DNA of 64,000 nucleotides from Octopus sinensis (Eukaryota): NCBI RefSeq assembly GCF_006345805.1, contig NC_043008.1, positions 8,494,001 to 8,558,000 of the forward strand, read 5' to 3'. Shown piece by piece: positions 22,266 to 34,530 of this stretch (position 1 is its first letter; each line of letters starts with the position of its first letter). The notes under the pieces were generated by a model. It saw only the letters and a program-made list of their open reading frames with translations, ran no database searches and was not told where the DNA came from. The position numbers and the translations under genes were made by a program.

Positions 22266-25200
22266 ACGTATATCACCTTAGTCTAGATCATAGAAAAATA
22301 GAACTTTTAACTGCAGAAAAAAATTCGAACTCACATTTCTTAAGATTAAAATCGCATATCAATATTTTGCTGTCAAATTAATAGATATCTAGACGGCAGA
22401 AATACGAGAGAAATGAACTTGATGTGAACTTTTATTTAATATTGTCTCTTAATGTTTCCATTTTAATTCTCACAAGAATTCCGTTTACGTTTCATCCGTC
22501 CAGATCTAAAATATATCCGAACGAATACTACCTCATAAAGCAAGAGTGAACATACACAAATTTTGGCCATCAATGTTACTGAAGTTTGGATATTATCACT
22601 GGATGTACAATTGCTGGACTATTTCATTCCCAAATTTTTATTTAATATCTACTGAAGGATTTATAAATCACAACTGTACGCAGTTACTGATGCGGACAAA
22701 GCCCAGCAAATAGCATCTACTCGATTTAATAGCAGTAGGTTATTCGTGAAATCACATCTTCTACTTGATAAAGTCAAATATTTTCCTTAATAGAAAAAAC
22801 CGATGGAACACATCTGAGCATAAGTTATCCTAATGTGGCACGCTTCAATATAAATATAAAGGATTGATGCGTAAATTGGAAAAGAATCTGAGCATCGTAA
22901 CCGTGATATACTAACGCCTTTCATTGGAGATTATTTGACTGTCATTAACAAAATGATACATGAAGGAGAGATAAGCATTTTCTTGAAGATCGCAGAGGAC
23001 ATGAAGTGTAAATATATAGATAGTGCCATTTGAAAGAATTGTGTGAACTGATCAAGATTATTGGATGTCCACGAAGACACAGGTCATCAATTTACTTCTG
23101 CTGCTAAACTATTTCTGTGCTTATCAGTAAAGTCATTAATTTTATATCCTTTATTCTCTATAAATAAAGAAATATAATGAAAGAGATCCTATGTGGAGGT
23201 TACTGTGTTGGCTTAACGTCTTATCTGCAGATATTTTTCATTTTCCCTAATCTTAACGTTAAAGAAACCATTTCCGTTTTATATGCTTCAGGAAAAACTA
23301 TGTTAATTCGGGGAGTTACATAAACAGAACAAAGGCATATGCTTTTCAAATAGAATCCCAGCTTCATTGCTTCATCATCATCACCATTATCATCATCATC
23401 ATCACTGTTACCATCATCATCATATCAAAGGAAAAGCGAAAGAGAGAGAAAGAGAGAAAGGGACTAACTGACAGACTGTATCTACAAACAAGCAAAATGC
23501 TGTGTTTCATTGAAGTGTCGAAGATATAGCATAAAACAATTATTTAAAAGAGTTTATCTTTCACCCCCAAACTGTAGCGTTTCGAAAAGACACGCATTAA
23601 CATCGATGCGTTTTGTACTCGTACAGAAGAGTATAAAGTGTAGGAAACGTTAGGCTTCGAAACATTCATAGATGTCTTTCAGAATATTCATGCAACAGAT
23701 GGTATTGTGTGTATTATTGAAGAACTATAAGCTAATATTTGAAAGGAAGTTTGCGAGAAAATGTAAATACATAAAGAAGGGAATTCTTTTATCATGCATC
23801 CATCTATGATTTGATCTCATTTGCCTATGTATACCTCCCTTTGCAGTAGAGATACAAAAGTAGGTGTTTTGTGTATTGTCGCGTCTATGGTATTGTTCTC
23901 TTGTCAATATTCATATGTTGCGACCATGTGCAGGATTTCTGGCACAAGAATGAGATAGAATGATTATTTCGGAAACATTGAATAACAAAACATATTCCGT
24001 TTTGCACCTTGGAGATTCATTCAATTATCTAAATACATACATGTAAGTATAAAACAGTATGGATAAAGGTTCGCTCGTAAATTATATTCTGTGAGAATAT
24101 GTTAAGAAAATTCTTAATCTGTATTCAGTACGACGTTCAACAATTCACAGTCGTGAATACTAATAAATACAATTAAAGCGGGAGAGGTTTTCTGCTTTCT
24201 TTTGCTTGCTGTCTTCAGTATTTTCCTTCAAAGTTAATTTCATTGTTTACAATATTTTATATACCGTTCTCCATTTCTTTTTATTTTCGCTCATTTTTTG
24301 TTTTCTTTTTGCTGCATTTCTTCATGTCTCTGGTGGTATAGTTTTTTCTTTATTTTCATTGGACGCAGCAGTAAAATTCTGTATAAGAAAGAAATGCCGA
24401 AACACATAAACAGCATGACTTGTGAGTTCAAACTCAATATAGGCATTTCATTTTGTTTCTCAGCTGGACACATTGTTCTACATTCTTCAGTTTATCCAAC
24501 TGTTGGGAATAGCTCAGAGCAGTGTGAGGAATTTGCTTCTGATATTATAGAGTTTCATCCTTAAAGAAACACAAGGAATTATTTACAAAATGCCCATTTT
24601 CCATGATGCATGGAGAGATATATATCATAATCAGCGTCGTGTTAGTCAGAAAACTGGAGAGAAATATTATCTCGTTTTTTAGGGGTTTTTTTTCCTTCTT
24701 TCATTCTTTCGATTATGATAATCAGCAAATTGGTAAAAGAAGAAATGCAAACACCGATGAAAGCTTTTACTATTATTTTCTATTAAATATAATATATTTA
24801 GTAATTCGAGTTAAGATGAGATAATGGTGGAAAGCTATTAGCCGCGTGTTAAATATCGCTGCGAATTTATCAGGTTAAACGACCTATAAACATTGATTGC
24901 AGCTCTAGTGTATGATTTTAACACCGGTGCTACTGGAGATGGTGTTTGTGGTGGTTTTCCTATGATTATAAATGAAAGCAGTAAAGAATATGTATAGAAT
25001 CCTTACAGAACCTGCCTCAATATGTATCCAATCATCCAAGCACTCGGCAACACAAAGAATGCACTAAATCAATTTTCTGGCATATTCGTAGAAACACACA
25101 TGAGACAAACACAAAGAACACGCCATTACACATGAATATGAATGAAGAATAGATTTCATAAACAAATTCTGACTAAAAAATACAGTTGGTTATGAATGGA

Positions 25201-25754
25201 ATGCATTCGACGCTGGATCTTCTTAATTGGCTCAAAAGTGGATTTGCAAATGTGAAAAACGATTAATCACAATGATTTACAGTGTATCCCCTAAATCCTG
25301 CATAGACTAAAGTATGTTATTCATCATGTTACTGTTAGGAACATCTGTTGCCAGTTACCAGGGGTTTCAGGGAGATACATTGATTAAGTACATACCAGTC
25401 ATATACCAGTGTTAGTAATACTAAGCAGAGGGGGCACAAGCTTTACTTCTGCACATCCTTATACCCACATTCTTTCTCTCTGCCCCACTTTTCTCTCTGT
25501 TTTTTTATTTTTGTTTTTTTTCGTTGTTCAAAAAAACGTTCGTTTCTATGTTTTTGTTTTTGTTTTCATTTCTCATTGTGTTCAACTTTTCTTTTTTATG
25601 TCCTGTACCCATATATGCATATATATATACATATATTTGTAGGTATGTACATATATGTATGTATATATGCACATATTTATATATTATCGTATATATATAT
25701 CATTATATGATCGAACGCCAAGCATCCTTTTCCAAGTTATATATTTATATATAT

Positions 25755-27664
25755 ATTTCAACAATTGAGGGCAAAATTAATTAATTATTAATCAATTTCA
25801 CCAAGTGTTCAGTATGCAAAGGGACCATTCAAGGCGAATTCAAATTATTACATTATATAAAAGGGCTTAGTAAAATAAATTACTTTGCCGCATACTGAAC
25901 TCATTAGAAATAGCAGCTAAAAAACTTTTTTAAGGCTATTTCTAATACTTAAAGAAAATCTCTCTCATATATAGTGTTTGCATAATTTAACTCACAAAAG
26001 TTTGGGGGTAATGACATCGAAAAATCAAATGCTAAGGTTATTCGAGAACGTATGGTCCCTTTGCATACTGAACACTTGGTGAAATTGATTAATAATTAAT
26101 TAATTTTGCCCTCAATTGTTGAAATTATAATTAATCTCCCTCTGATTAATGCTTCGGACTTTACCGAAATAAGCATAGAGTTTGATGATTTTAACCCACG
26201 CTGGTGGAAAGGGGAGAACAGAGATTCTTCGCTTGCTTATTTTGAATTTGTTGACACTGTTAGTTGGGAGCAGATCTTCGAGAGGGTATGTTCTTATTTT
26301 CAGTGTTTCCAAATCCAAACCAAGGAATTTCCGAGCCGATGATAGAAATGTTGTTTTGACTAATCTTGAAACGTACGTTCTCGAATAACCTTAGCATTTG
26401 ATTTTTCGATGTCATTACCCCCAAACTTTTGTGAGTTAAATTATGCAAACACTATATATGAGAAGAGATTTCTTTAAGTATTAGAAATAGCCTTAAAAAA
26501 GTTTTTTAGCTGCTATTTCTAATGAGTTCAGTATGCGGCAAAGTAATTTATTTTACTAAGCCCTTTTATATAATGTAATAATTTGAATTCGCCTTGAATG
26601 GTCCCTTTGCATACTGAACACTTGGTGAAATTGTTAATAATTAATTAATTTTGCCCTCAATTGTTGAAATTATACAATTAATCTCCCTCTGATTAAATGC
26701 TTGGACTTTAACCGAAATAAGCATAGAGTTTGATGATTTTAACCCACGCTGGAAAGGGGAGAACAGAGATTCTTCGCTTGCTTATTTTGAATTTGTTGAC
26801 ACTGTTAGTTGGAAGATCTTCGAGAGGGTATGTTCTTATTTTCAGTGTTTCCAAATCCAACCAGGAATTTCCGAGCCGATGATAGAATGTTGTGTTTTGA
26901 CTAATCTTGAAACGTACGTTCTCGATAACCTTAGCATTTGATTTTTCGATGTCATTACCCCCAACTTTTGTGAGTTAAATTATGCAAACACTATATATGA
27001 GAGAGATTTTCTTTAAGTATTAGAAATAGCCTTAAAAAAGTTTTTTAGCTGCTATTTCTAATGAGTTCAGTATGCGGCAAGTAATTTATTTTACTAAGCC
27101 CTTTTATATAATGTAATAATTTGAATTCGCCTTGAATGGTCCCTTGGCATACTGAACCCTTGGTGAAATTGATTAATAATTAATTAATTTTGCCCTCAAT
27201 TGTTGAATTATAATTAATCTCCCTCTGATTAATGCTTCGGACTTTACCGAAATAAGCATAGAGTTTGATGATTTTAACCACGCTGGTGGAAAGGGGAGAA
27301 CAGAGATTCTTCGCTTGCTTATTTTGAATTTGTTGACACTGTTAGTTGGGAGCAGATCTTCGAGAGGGTATGTTCTTATTTTCAGTGTTTCCAAATCCAA
27401 ACCAAGGAATTTCGAGCCGATGATAGAAATGTTGTTTTGACTAATCTTGAAACGTACGTTCTCGAATAACCTTAGCATTTGATTTTTCGATGTCATTACC
27501 CCCAAACTTTTGTGAGTTAAATTATGCAAACACTATATATGAGAGAGATTTTCTTTAAGTATTAGAAATAGCCTTAAAAAGTTTTTTAGCTGCTATTTCT
27601 AATGAGTTCAGTATGCGGCAAAGTAATTATATTTTACTAAGCCCTTTTATATAATGTAATAATT
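25755..27664. repeat. ~545-bp tandem array (about 3 units) preceded by a 298-bp inverted partial copy
   Basis: Units start with TGGTCCC at 26053, 26599 and 27137 and the array ends at ~27664; 25755-26052 is the reverse complement of unit end plus next unit start; (TA)n on both flanks. Confidence 0.93.
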
Positions 27665-28619
27665 ATTTATATATATATATATATATTAGTGCGGTTGCAT
27701 TCATACATATTGATAAATAGATCATTTGGTTGATTTAGCGTGTAATGTTTCCAATATCCGCGGACCCGTGTTCGATTAATGAAATACGTGCAGAATTAGT
27801 GACACAGTGTAACAAATTTGTTATTTCAAAATCCAGAGACAATTCATTTAAAGAACTTAAACACACTTTCCGTGAATCCTCTTTCGCTTACAAGCCCCAT
27901 GTCGACCTGAGGCTATACACAAAGACACTGGGCTTTGGTACTCTGCTGATTGTTAATCGATCTTCTTAGATATTCCCTCGCATCTGTGTCTACACAAACA
28001 CGTGTGTGTGTGTGTGTATTTATGCATGCATGTATGTGTTTGTGTCTGCGCGTGCTTGTATTTGTCTTTATTTAGGAATACGTGTGTGTGCAACGGTCAA
28101 TATTTTAAATCTTAATATTGAATTTATCAATATGCAACATTTACGCTTCTTCGGCGAATTATTCAAATCTTGAACTAGAGAAGATTTATTGTGGACGTTG
28201 GTCGTGTCATGTTGTGAAGGGTAATACGTAAATAAATCAGACGATCTTTCGAAATTCTATCATTCAGAGAGGTTACCAAATATACATTTTATCATTCTTA
28301 ATTGTTACTTCAGTGAAATAATGCACGAGTTGCATATATGACATATTATAATATCACCACAGTTTCAGAAAGGTCAAAATAGTATAATCTTTCTGCTATT
28401 TACCATCGAATAGCTAAGATAGCTTAAAAAAAAATTTCCTCGGACTTAATGTTCCTATATCATGCCCTTTTATTCGAATATATTTGAACTCAACAGTAAT
28501 TCGATATTTTTGTCGTTTTATGAAGGTTCAGAGAAAATCTGGGAAAATCAATAGAACGTTGGCCTACGAATGTTCGCATAGAAAAGGTCAATGTCTCAGA
28601 TGGATGGTTTTGCTACAGA

Positions 28620-28668
28620 ATGCCTATTGAGATGAAATTTAACTTTTGGTTAGCCAGTCTGTTCATTG
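28620..28668 (+). CDS. candidate coding exon 1 of a small secreted peptide (signal-peptide N-part MPIEMKFNFWLASLFI)
   Basis: Acceptor TTTTGCTACAG| at 28618; ATGs at 28620 and 28632, each with a purine at -3; phase-1 donor TTG|GTAAAT after 28668. Prediction only, no homology recognised. Confidence 0.4.
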
Positions 28669-29084
28669 GTAAATAAGCCGCTGGTGTTTACATACAACTT
28701 AGTAGCACATGCAACTGGGAGACTCTATAAATAGCTGGTGTTTTCTTAACTGGAAATATTAAACTAAAACATTACAAGGAATAATATTTAGAAAAGCTCA
28801 TCGTTGAAATTAGTAAGGACACGTTTGCAGGCTTCATTAGAGAAAAACGAAACATAAATATTATAACTTGCCATTGAACGAGTAAGATCAATATTATTGT
28901 TTGAATAAACGAATACTGATACTTGTAAATTATAATCGATAACAACGTTAGTCGTTCAGTTTGATATTCAAACACCTAACACAAGTTTGATTTGGATGAA
29001 GAGAAAAAGCACTTTTATTTAGTTGAACTTCTGATGTTACATTGTAATGTTTGTATATTTCGCATTAAAATTATAACTGATGGA

Positions 29085-29260
29085 AGGCAGCGAACTGGCA
29101 GAATCATTAGCACGCCCGTCAAAATGCTTAGCGGCATTTCATTCGTCGTTACGATCTGGGTTCAAATTTCGCCGATGTTGATGTTGTCTTTCATACTTTC
29201 AGGCTCGAAAAAATAAGTAACCCACCCCCGAAAATGCTGACCCCCAATGCCGAAAATTGA
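29085..29260 (+). mobile_element. degenerate SINE family A2 copy
   Basis: AGGCAGCGAACTGGCAGAATCATTAGCACGCCCG...GGGTTCAAATTTCGCCGA head. Confidence 0.75.
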
Positions 29261-30552
29261 ATCCAATATTATAAATGATGGAAAGTGATTTAGAAGCGCG
29301 CTGAATCTTCATCATGGTCTCAGCCGACCAGGAAATTACTTCTTTTTTAACATTTGTTTAAGTAATGCAGAGTTAAATCACATATATTAAATGAAAGGTC
29401 GCAAGCGCCATTATAAACGCACTCTTCAGAAATTTCTCCGATAATTTTAAGCGGTACATTAAAGAACCAACAAACCAAATAAATTGGCATTTCATTAAGT
29501 TGTCCAAATGTACTTTACACTGCATTGATGGCCCCAGTTTAAGTGATGGAATCTATCAACATTACTAACGTTTTGTTTGTTTCTCAGGAAACTCAGCTAA
29601 TGCTGTCTCTGTAAATTCTTTCACCTCACATTTCGTGTAACGCCTGTGTGAAACGAATAATATATGAGATACTGAAATGCAAATATACAATTAGATACCC
29701 AACAATCTAGGTCACTTCTAGGTGACAGAGTTGAGTTAGTTCTGAGTAAAGATGCGATGGCTGCGATGAACTAGTTTTCCAAAAATTTTCCAAATTTATA
29801 TTCACATAATAAACGTGTTAGGTCACAATAGGTCTCCTCTTCAGAAAGCGAATGACTCATTTATTTATCATGGTAAAATATGTATCTGGAAATCTAAGAT
29901 TTTCGCTAATAGAATTCATTCTATATTCTTTGATGGGAGTTATTTTGACGCGATATTCATAATTTTCTCCAACTGTAGCGATTTTCCTAACAACGAGATA
30001 ACGAATTGAGATCACTCTTCTGATAAATAAATAACGCAGCATCTGTTGCAGGGAGTCATTATCTCAATAGATGTACGCCTCTAATGACGTGAAACTGCAC
30101 ACAGATTATTGAAATAAATGAAGGATATATGGCAGTTCGCGTGATGTCAAAATCCTAATGATTAAAATTATGTGTGCGTGAGGCACAATATTTATTTCTC
30201 ATTCTCTCTTTCTCATTCTCTCTCTCCCTTTTATCCTTCTCTCTCACACTCTTTCATTCTCTCTAGCTCTCTATCTTTCTCTCTGTCTCTGTCTTTATCT
30301 CTCTCTCCCTTTCTCTCTATCTCCCCCCTCTCTCCCTCTTTCATTCTGCATACGTATGCATATAGGTTTCTGTATGTGTGTGGACGTATGTGTGTATGTG
30401 TGAATGTATACATGTGCCAATGTGTGTATATGAACATGCAAATGTGTGTATGGATATATGAAAATGCAAATAACAAGTTGAAAATTGGGATACAATGCAT
30501 AAATAAAACACACCCACACACAAACTCACAAAAATACGTGAGATGAAATCGA

Positions 30553-30612
30553 GCATTGTGTGTTTGTCTGTTTGCATTGTGTGTTTGTCTGTTTGCATTG
30601 TGTGTTTGTCTG
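30553..30612. repeat. 21-bp minisatellite GCATTGTGTGTTTGTCTGTTT x~2.9
   Basis: Direct inspection. Confidence 0.9.
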
Positions 30613-30682
30613 CATCATCTAAACCTGTCAGTGATATGGTTTGTTATGTGAGTTAAAAACGTTGTTTCTGTATTTCCTTCAG

Positions 30683-30879
30683 TGTGTTTATCCATGGTGT
30701 GTGGAGAAGATACACGCTTATATACTGGCACCGGGATCGATACGTTGAACCAGATGGTGACAGTTTGGTCAGATAGCCTGTTTTCTAACGCAAACTGCTC
30801 CGAAGAGTTTGCAGATGATGGAAAACCTGAGGCCAAGGGATGCACAAATAACGCTTTTTATAAAAACCAAAATCTATGA
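30683..30879 (+). CDS. candidate terminal coding exon of a small secreted peptide
   Basis: Strong acceptor GTTGTTTCTGTATTTCCTTCAG|; 64 open codons in phase 1 in non-repetitive, GC-richer sequence; TGA (30877-30879) overlaps AATAAA (30879-30884). Confidence 0.45.
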
Positions 30880-33312
30880 ATAAATATTCATATAGAAATA
30901 TATCTTTATTCTAAGACTCAGTTAATATGAAGGTAAGAGATCATGATATAAGTGCTATTCTTCACTTGTGAGCAAAGCAAATAATTCGAGCTCGAATTCA
31001 TTCCAATACCAAATATTCAACCTTTAAGACTTAAGATACCAACCTAAATTCTCAGCATGGATTATTTAACGTTTATACACTTATAATGTGTGTAGGTAAT
31101 GTGTTGACTTGCGACTAATCATAATTAATTATTTAAAATTTAAAATATTATCTTGATCTATGTTTGAAACGTTGAGTTCCCACTGGGAATTATTTATCTT
31201 TAATAATATTTATACGAAATATTATTTTACATACATCTATTTTACTGCATTACATTTGAAATTCCAAATGTGTTTAATTCATATATTTTCTCCCTACAAA
31301 TAGAACATACATTTCCTCTTAACTAAAAATAAAAACAACGAATAAATAAGGGGGATACATTTGTTTAATTTGCGATCGAAATTCATTGCAAACATTCTAT
31401 GTAATTTAGAAGGAAGAAAACATTGGTTTTGTTAAATAGAAGTTAATATATTCTCTAAAAATGAATTTGCTCTTTAATCATCTTCCAATTTTTTTTTGCC
31501 CAAGTAATATACATTCCCTTTCTAATTTAAAAAGGAATATATCTATGTCTGGTAAAATGTAAATCATATAAATAATTAATTCATAAAAATATTGTTTCTA
31601 AATAGCATCATATGATATGGGAGATTGCCGTGGGAGGAAATATTTCAATCAGTTCACTAAATGCAAGTGAAACAGCGGAATAGATATCGTGTTGTGAACA
31701 AGAAGACGTCTAACGTATCAGGCAGAACTCTTTGTCGATACAGAATATTATATGATTTGTTGAGATTCTACTCTTCAAATACGTAATATTTTGCTTGCCA
31801 CGGCGAATAACTGGAATAAAATACATCAATGCAAATCTGATTTAATCCTGATGAGAAAAGTAATTCAGTACTGCTGTCCGCTGATACAGATATTAGTAAG
31901 ATCTGAGTGAGGTGGGATTAAAAATCAAACTGTGCGAGTTGGGCAATTAGAAGAACGAAATAACCAAAGTAGGAATTTGGGGGATGTAATTTGAATGAAG
32001 TCATACGTAATCGTTGACAACAATTCGAACCTCTTTGCAGATTTGAAACCCACAAGACTCAAATTTCCTAGTTAACGAACTTCTTTCACTGGAGTCTACG
32101 ACACGGTATTTTGTGGGTTTAATTTCTTCTAGCTTCCAGTAAAGTCAATATATTGAAATACAATCGTATCGCAAACTGAAAATCTAGCTTCTACATTTCT
32201 TAATACATGTATTAACTTAGATGCCAGAGGATAATCAGAGGGAAGTACAAGAAAGTAAGAAACGAAGCCTGCTCTTGCTACAAAATCTTATAAACAAATT
32301 AATAAAATCTAGTTTCTTATAAAAATGTAAAGTCTTTCAAATACTTCTTTTCTGCTGAGAGGAAAATATATATGGTATGCATGTATATGCAGATATTATG
32401 CATTTTAAAGTTATTAATTTATATTTTCAGATTTTTAGTTGAATATATTACCATTGATCATGCATCTGATATGATATGTTATAAACTAGATATAAATAAT
32501 TAAATTAAAATAAATACAAATTTCATTCTTTTCAGAAAACAACTCATGCCATTTTTGTGGATCCATTCTTCTTTTCTGAATAAAAAAATCTTTGCTAAAC
32601 TACTGTATGATATTCAAAAGTAGAAGCAGTGAAAGATATATAATATAATAATGAAGGCAAACCAAATAGTATCATTTTGTTGTCATTAAAACGTACGCTT
32701 CAGGATTACATAGAGTATAATAGGAAATGTATCCATTTCGTAAACCTTCCTCTAGGGTTATACAACAGTCGGATTGATTTCAATACAGCGCAATTATCAA
32801 GGGTTCCACTTGAAGATGCTTTAAAATGTTGGCAATATGTCCCCGCTTCGTATATAGTTACATGTGATTATACGTGACTTTACCAGGCTTCACATATTTT
32901 CTGATATGGAATGAGAGACAAAATACACAGAAAATGAAGAGTAAATCAAATAACAAAGTCTTAAGTTGTTATTTCCCTTGTGCTAGACTTCACTCTTTGT
33001 CACTTTTGATACGTGCAAGTGGTTTCTAAGTCAAATACAGTTTTCTTGTACCATATACTTATATCGTCATACACATTTTTAAAAAAGCGTTGCTTCTGGA
33101 TATTTCTATATGATATTAGGAGTGAACATAGCAACGATATTATTAGGAGCGTTAACCACGAATTACATGCGAAAGAAAATATCTGTCAATATAATTGTAA
33201 AGAAACAATATAAGAGCCATTTTTCCATAGAAAATTAAATGCAAGTATAGTTAATGTTATGAGATATTTAGCTCGATAAAAACCCCGAACGTGCTAATGA
33301 AGTGTGAGTAAT

Positions 33313-33711
33313 ATATTTCTTTATTGCTCACAGGGGGCTAACAAGGACAGATAAAGGGCTTAAGTCCATTACATCGACCCCAGTGCGTAACTTGTACTTA
33401 ATTTATCGACCCCGAAAGGATGAAAGGCAAAGTCGACCTCGGCGGAATTTGCACTCAGAACGTAACGGCAGCCGAAATACCTATTTCTTTACTACCCATA
33501 AGGGGCTAAACACAGAGAGGACAAACAAGGACAGACAAACGGATTAAGTCGATTATTTCGACCCCAGTGCGTAACTGGCACTTATTTAATCGACCCCGAA
33601 AGGATGAAAGGCAAAGTCGACTTCGGCGGAATTTGAACTCAGAACGTAACGACAGCCGAAATACCCCTAAGCTTTCGCTCGACGTGCTAACGATTCTGCC
33701 AGCTCGCCGCC
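33313..33711 (-). mobile_element. SINE family A head-to-tail dimer
   Basis: Junction GAAATAC|CTATTTC at 33480/33481; single TSD pair TGAAGTGTGAG(T/C)AATA around the dimer. Confidence 0.9.
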
Positions 33712-33747
33712 CTTTGAAGTGTGAGCAATATTCAAGAGAAGATGTAA

Positions 33748-33965
33748 GGCCGTAACCTGGCAAAATTGTTAGCACGCCTGGCAAAATACTTTGCAGCGTT
33801 CTGTCCGACGTTACGTTCAGTGTTCGAATTCCGCCGACGTTCACTTTGCATTTCATCATTTCGAGGTCGATAAAATATGTACCAATTGAACAATGCAGGA
33901 GATGTAATCGATTTATTCCTTACACCGAACTAGTTTGCATTGTGCCAAAATCTGAAACCAATTTT
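33748..33965 (+). mobile_element. degenerate SINE family A2 copy
   Basis: CCTGGCAAAATTGTTAGCACGCC...GTTCGAATTCCGCCGA...TTTCATCATTTCGAGGTCGATAAA; tail TGTGCCAAAATCTGAAACCAA. Confidence 0.75.
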
Positions 33966-34002
33966 CAAGGGAATGTCAAAAAGAAAAAAAAGTAAGAATG
34001 GT

Positions 34003-34530
34003 AATCATTATCATCATCATTGTTCGACCGGAGTCGAGACAATGGAATTTACCATGCTACGCCAGACTTCACGGTCCACCATGGCATTACGGAGGTCCTG
34101 TTGCTGGATGCCTGTATCCCTGGAGATTACATCAGGGTAGGAGAGTGTGCGCCCTCTGGCATTGCGAGTAGATGGCTTCCAGAGGAGGAGAGTAGAAATT
34201 ACCTCTTTTTCAGCTCTACAACAATGTCCAGCAAACTGGACTCTCCTACCTTTCACAAGAGATGACACAGCTGGTAGTTTCCCATATATTTGCATTTTGG
34301 TTGGATGGCGCTTCCACGAGACATTTTGAGCTCTCATAAGGAGGCGAGTGTAGGTTCCATCCAACCGCCTCTCAATCTTCTTTGATAACGTCCAGGTTTC
34401 GGAGCCATATAGCAGAATTGGTTCGACTGTGGCTTTGAAGATTTCAAGTTTGAAGTCTCTACTTAGATTTGATGACCAGATCTTATGCATGCCATTACAG
34501 GCTGACCAGGCCATACCCTTTCTAGTTAGA
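34003..34530 (-). mobile_element. 5'-truncated RTE-clade LINE, 3' end of ORF (RT thumb/C-terminus) with (ATG)n tail
   Basis: ORF 34017..34550 contains FKATVEPILLYGSETWTL...RLDGTYTRLLMRAQNVSW...RRVQFAGHCCR...DREVWR, typical of RTE-like RT C-termini; the stop runs directly into an ATG-repeat tail. Confidence 0.88.

Noticed and set aside
24466-24564. Acceptor plus short frame containing QCEEFASD, similar to CSEEFADD in the candidate peptide
   Set aside because: Similarity is limited to 5-6 residues, with little DNA identity and no upstream signal exon; probably chance.
26106-27529. ORFs within the 545-bp array
   Set aside because: Frames are not preserved between units and no domain is recognisable.
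26053-27664. Possible CRISPR-like array or hammerhead retrozyme
   Set aside because: Units are long and near-identical with no unique spacers; near-matches CTGATTA and TTGATGA lack a correctly placed stem II and GAAA.
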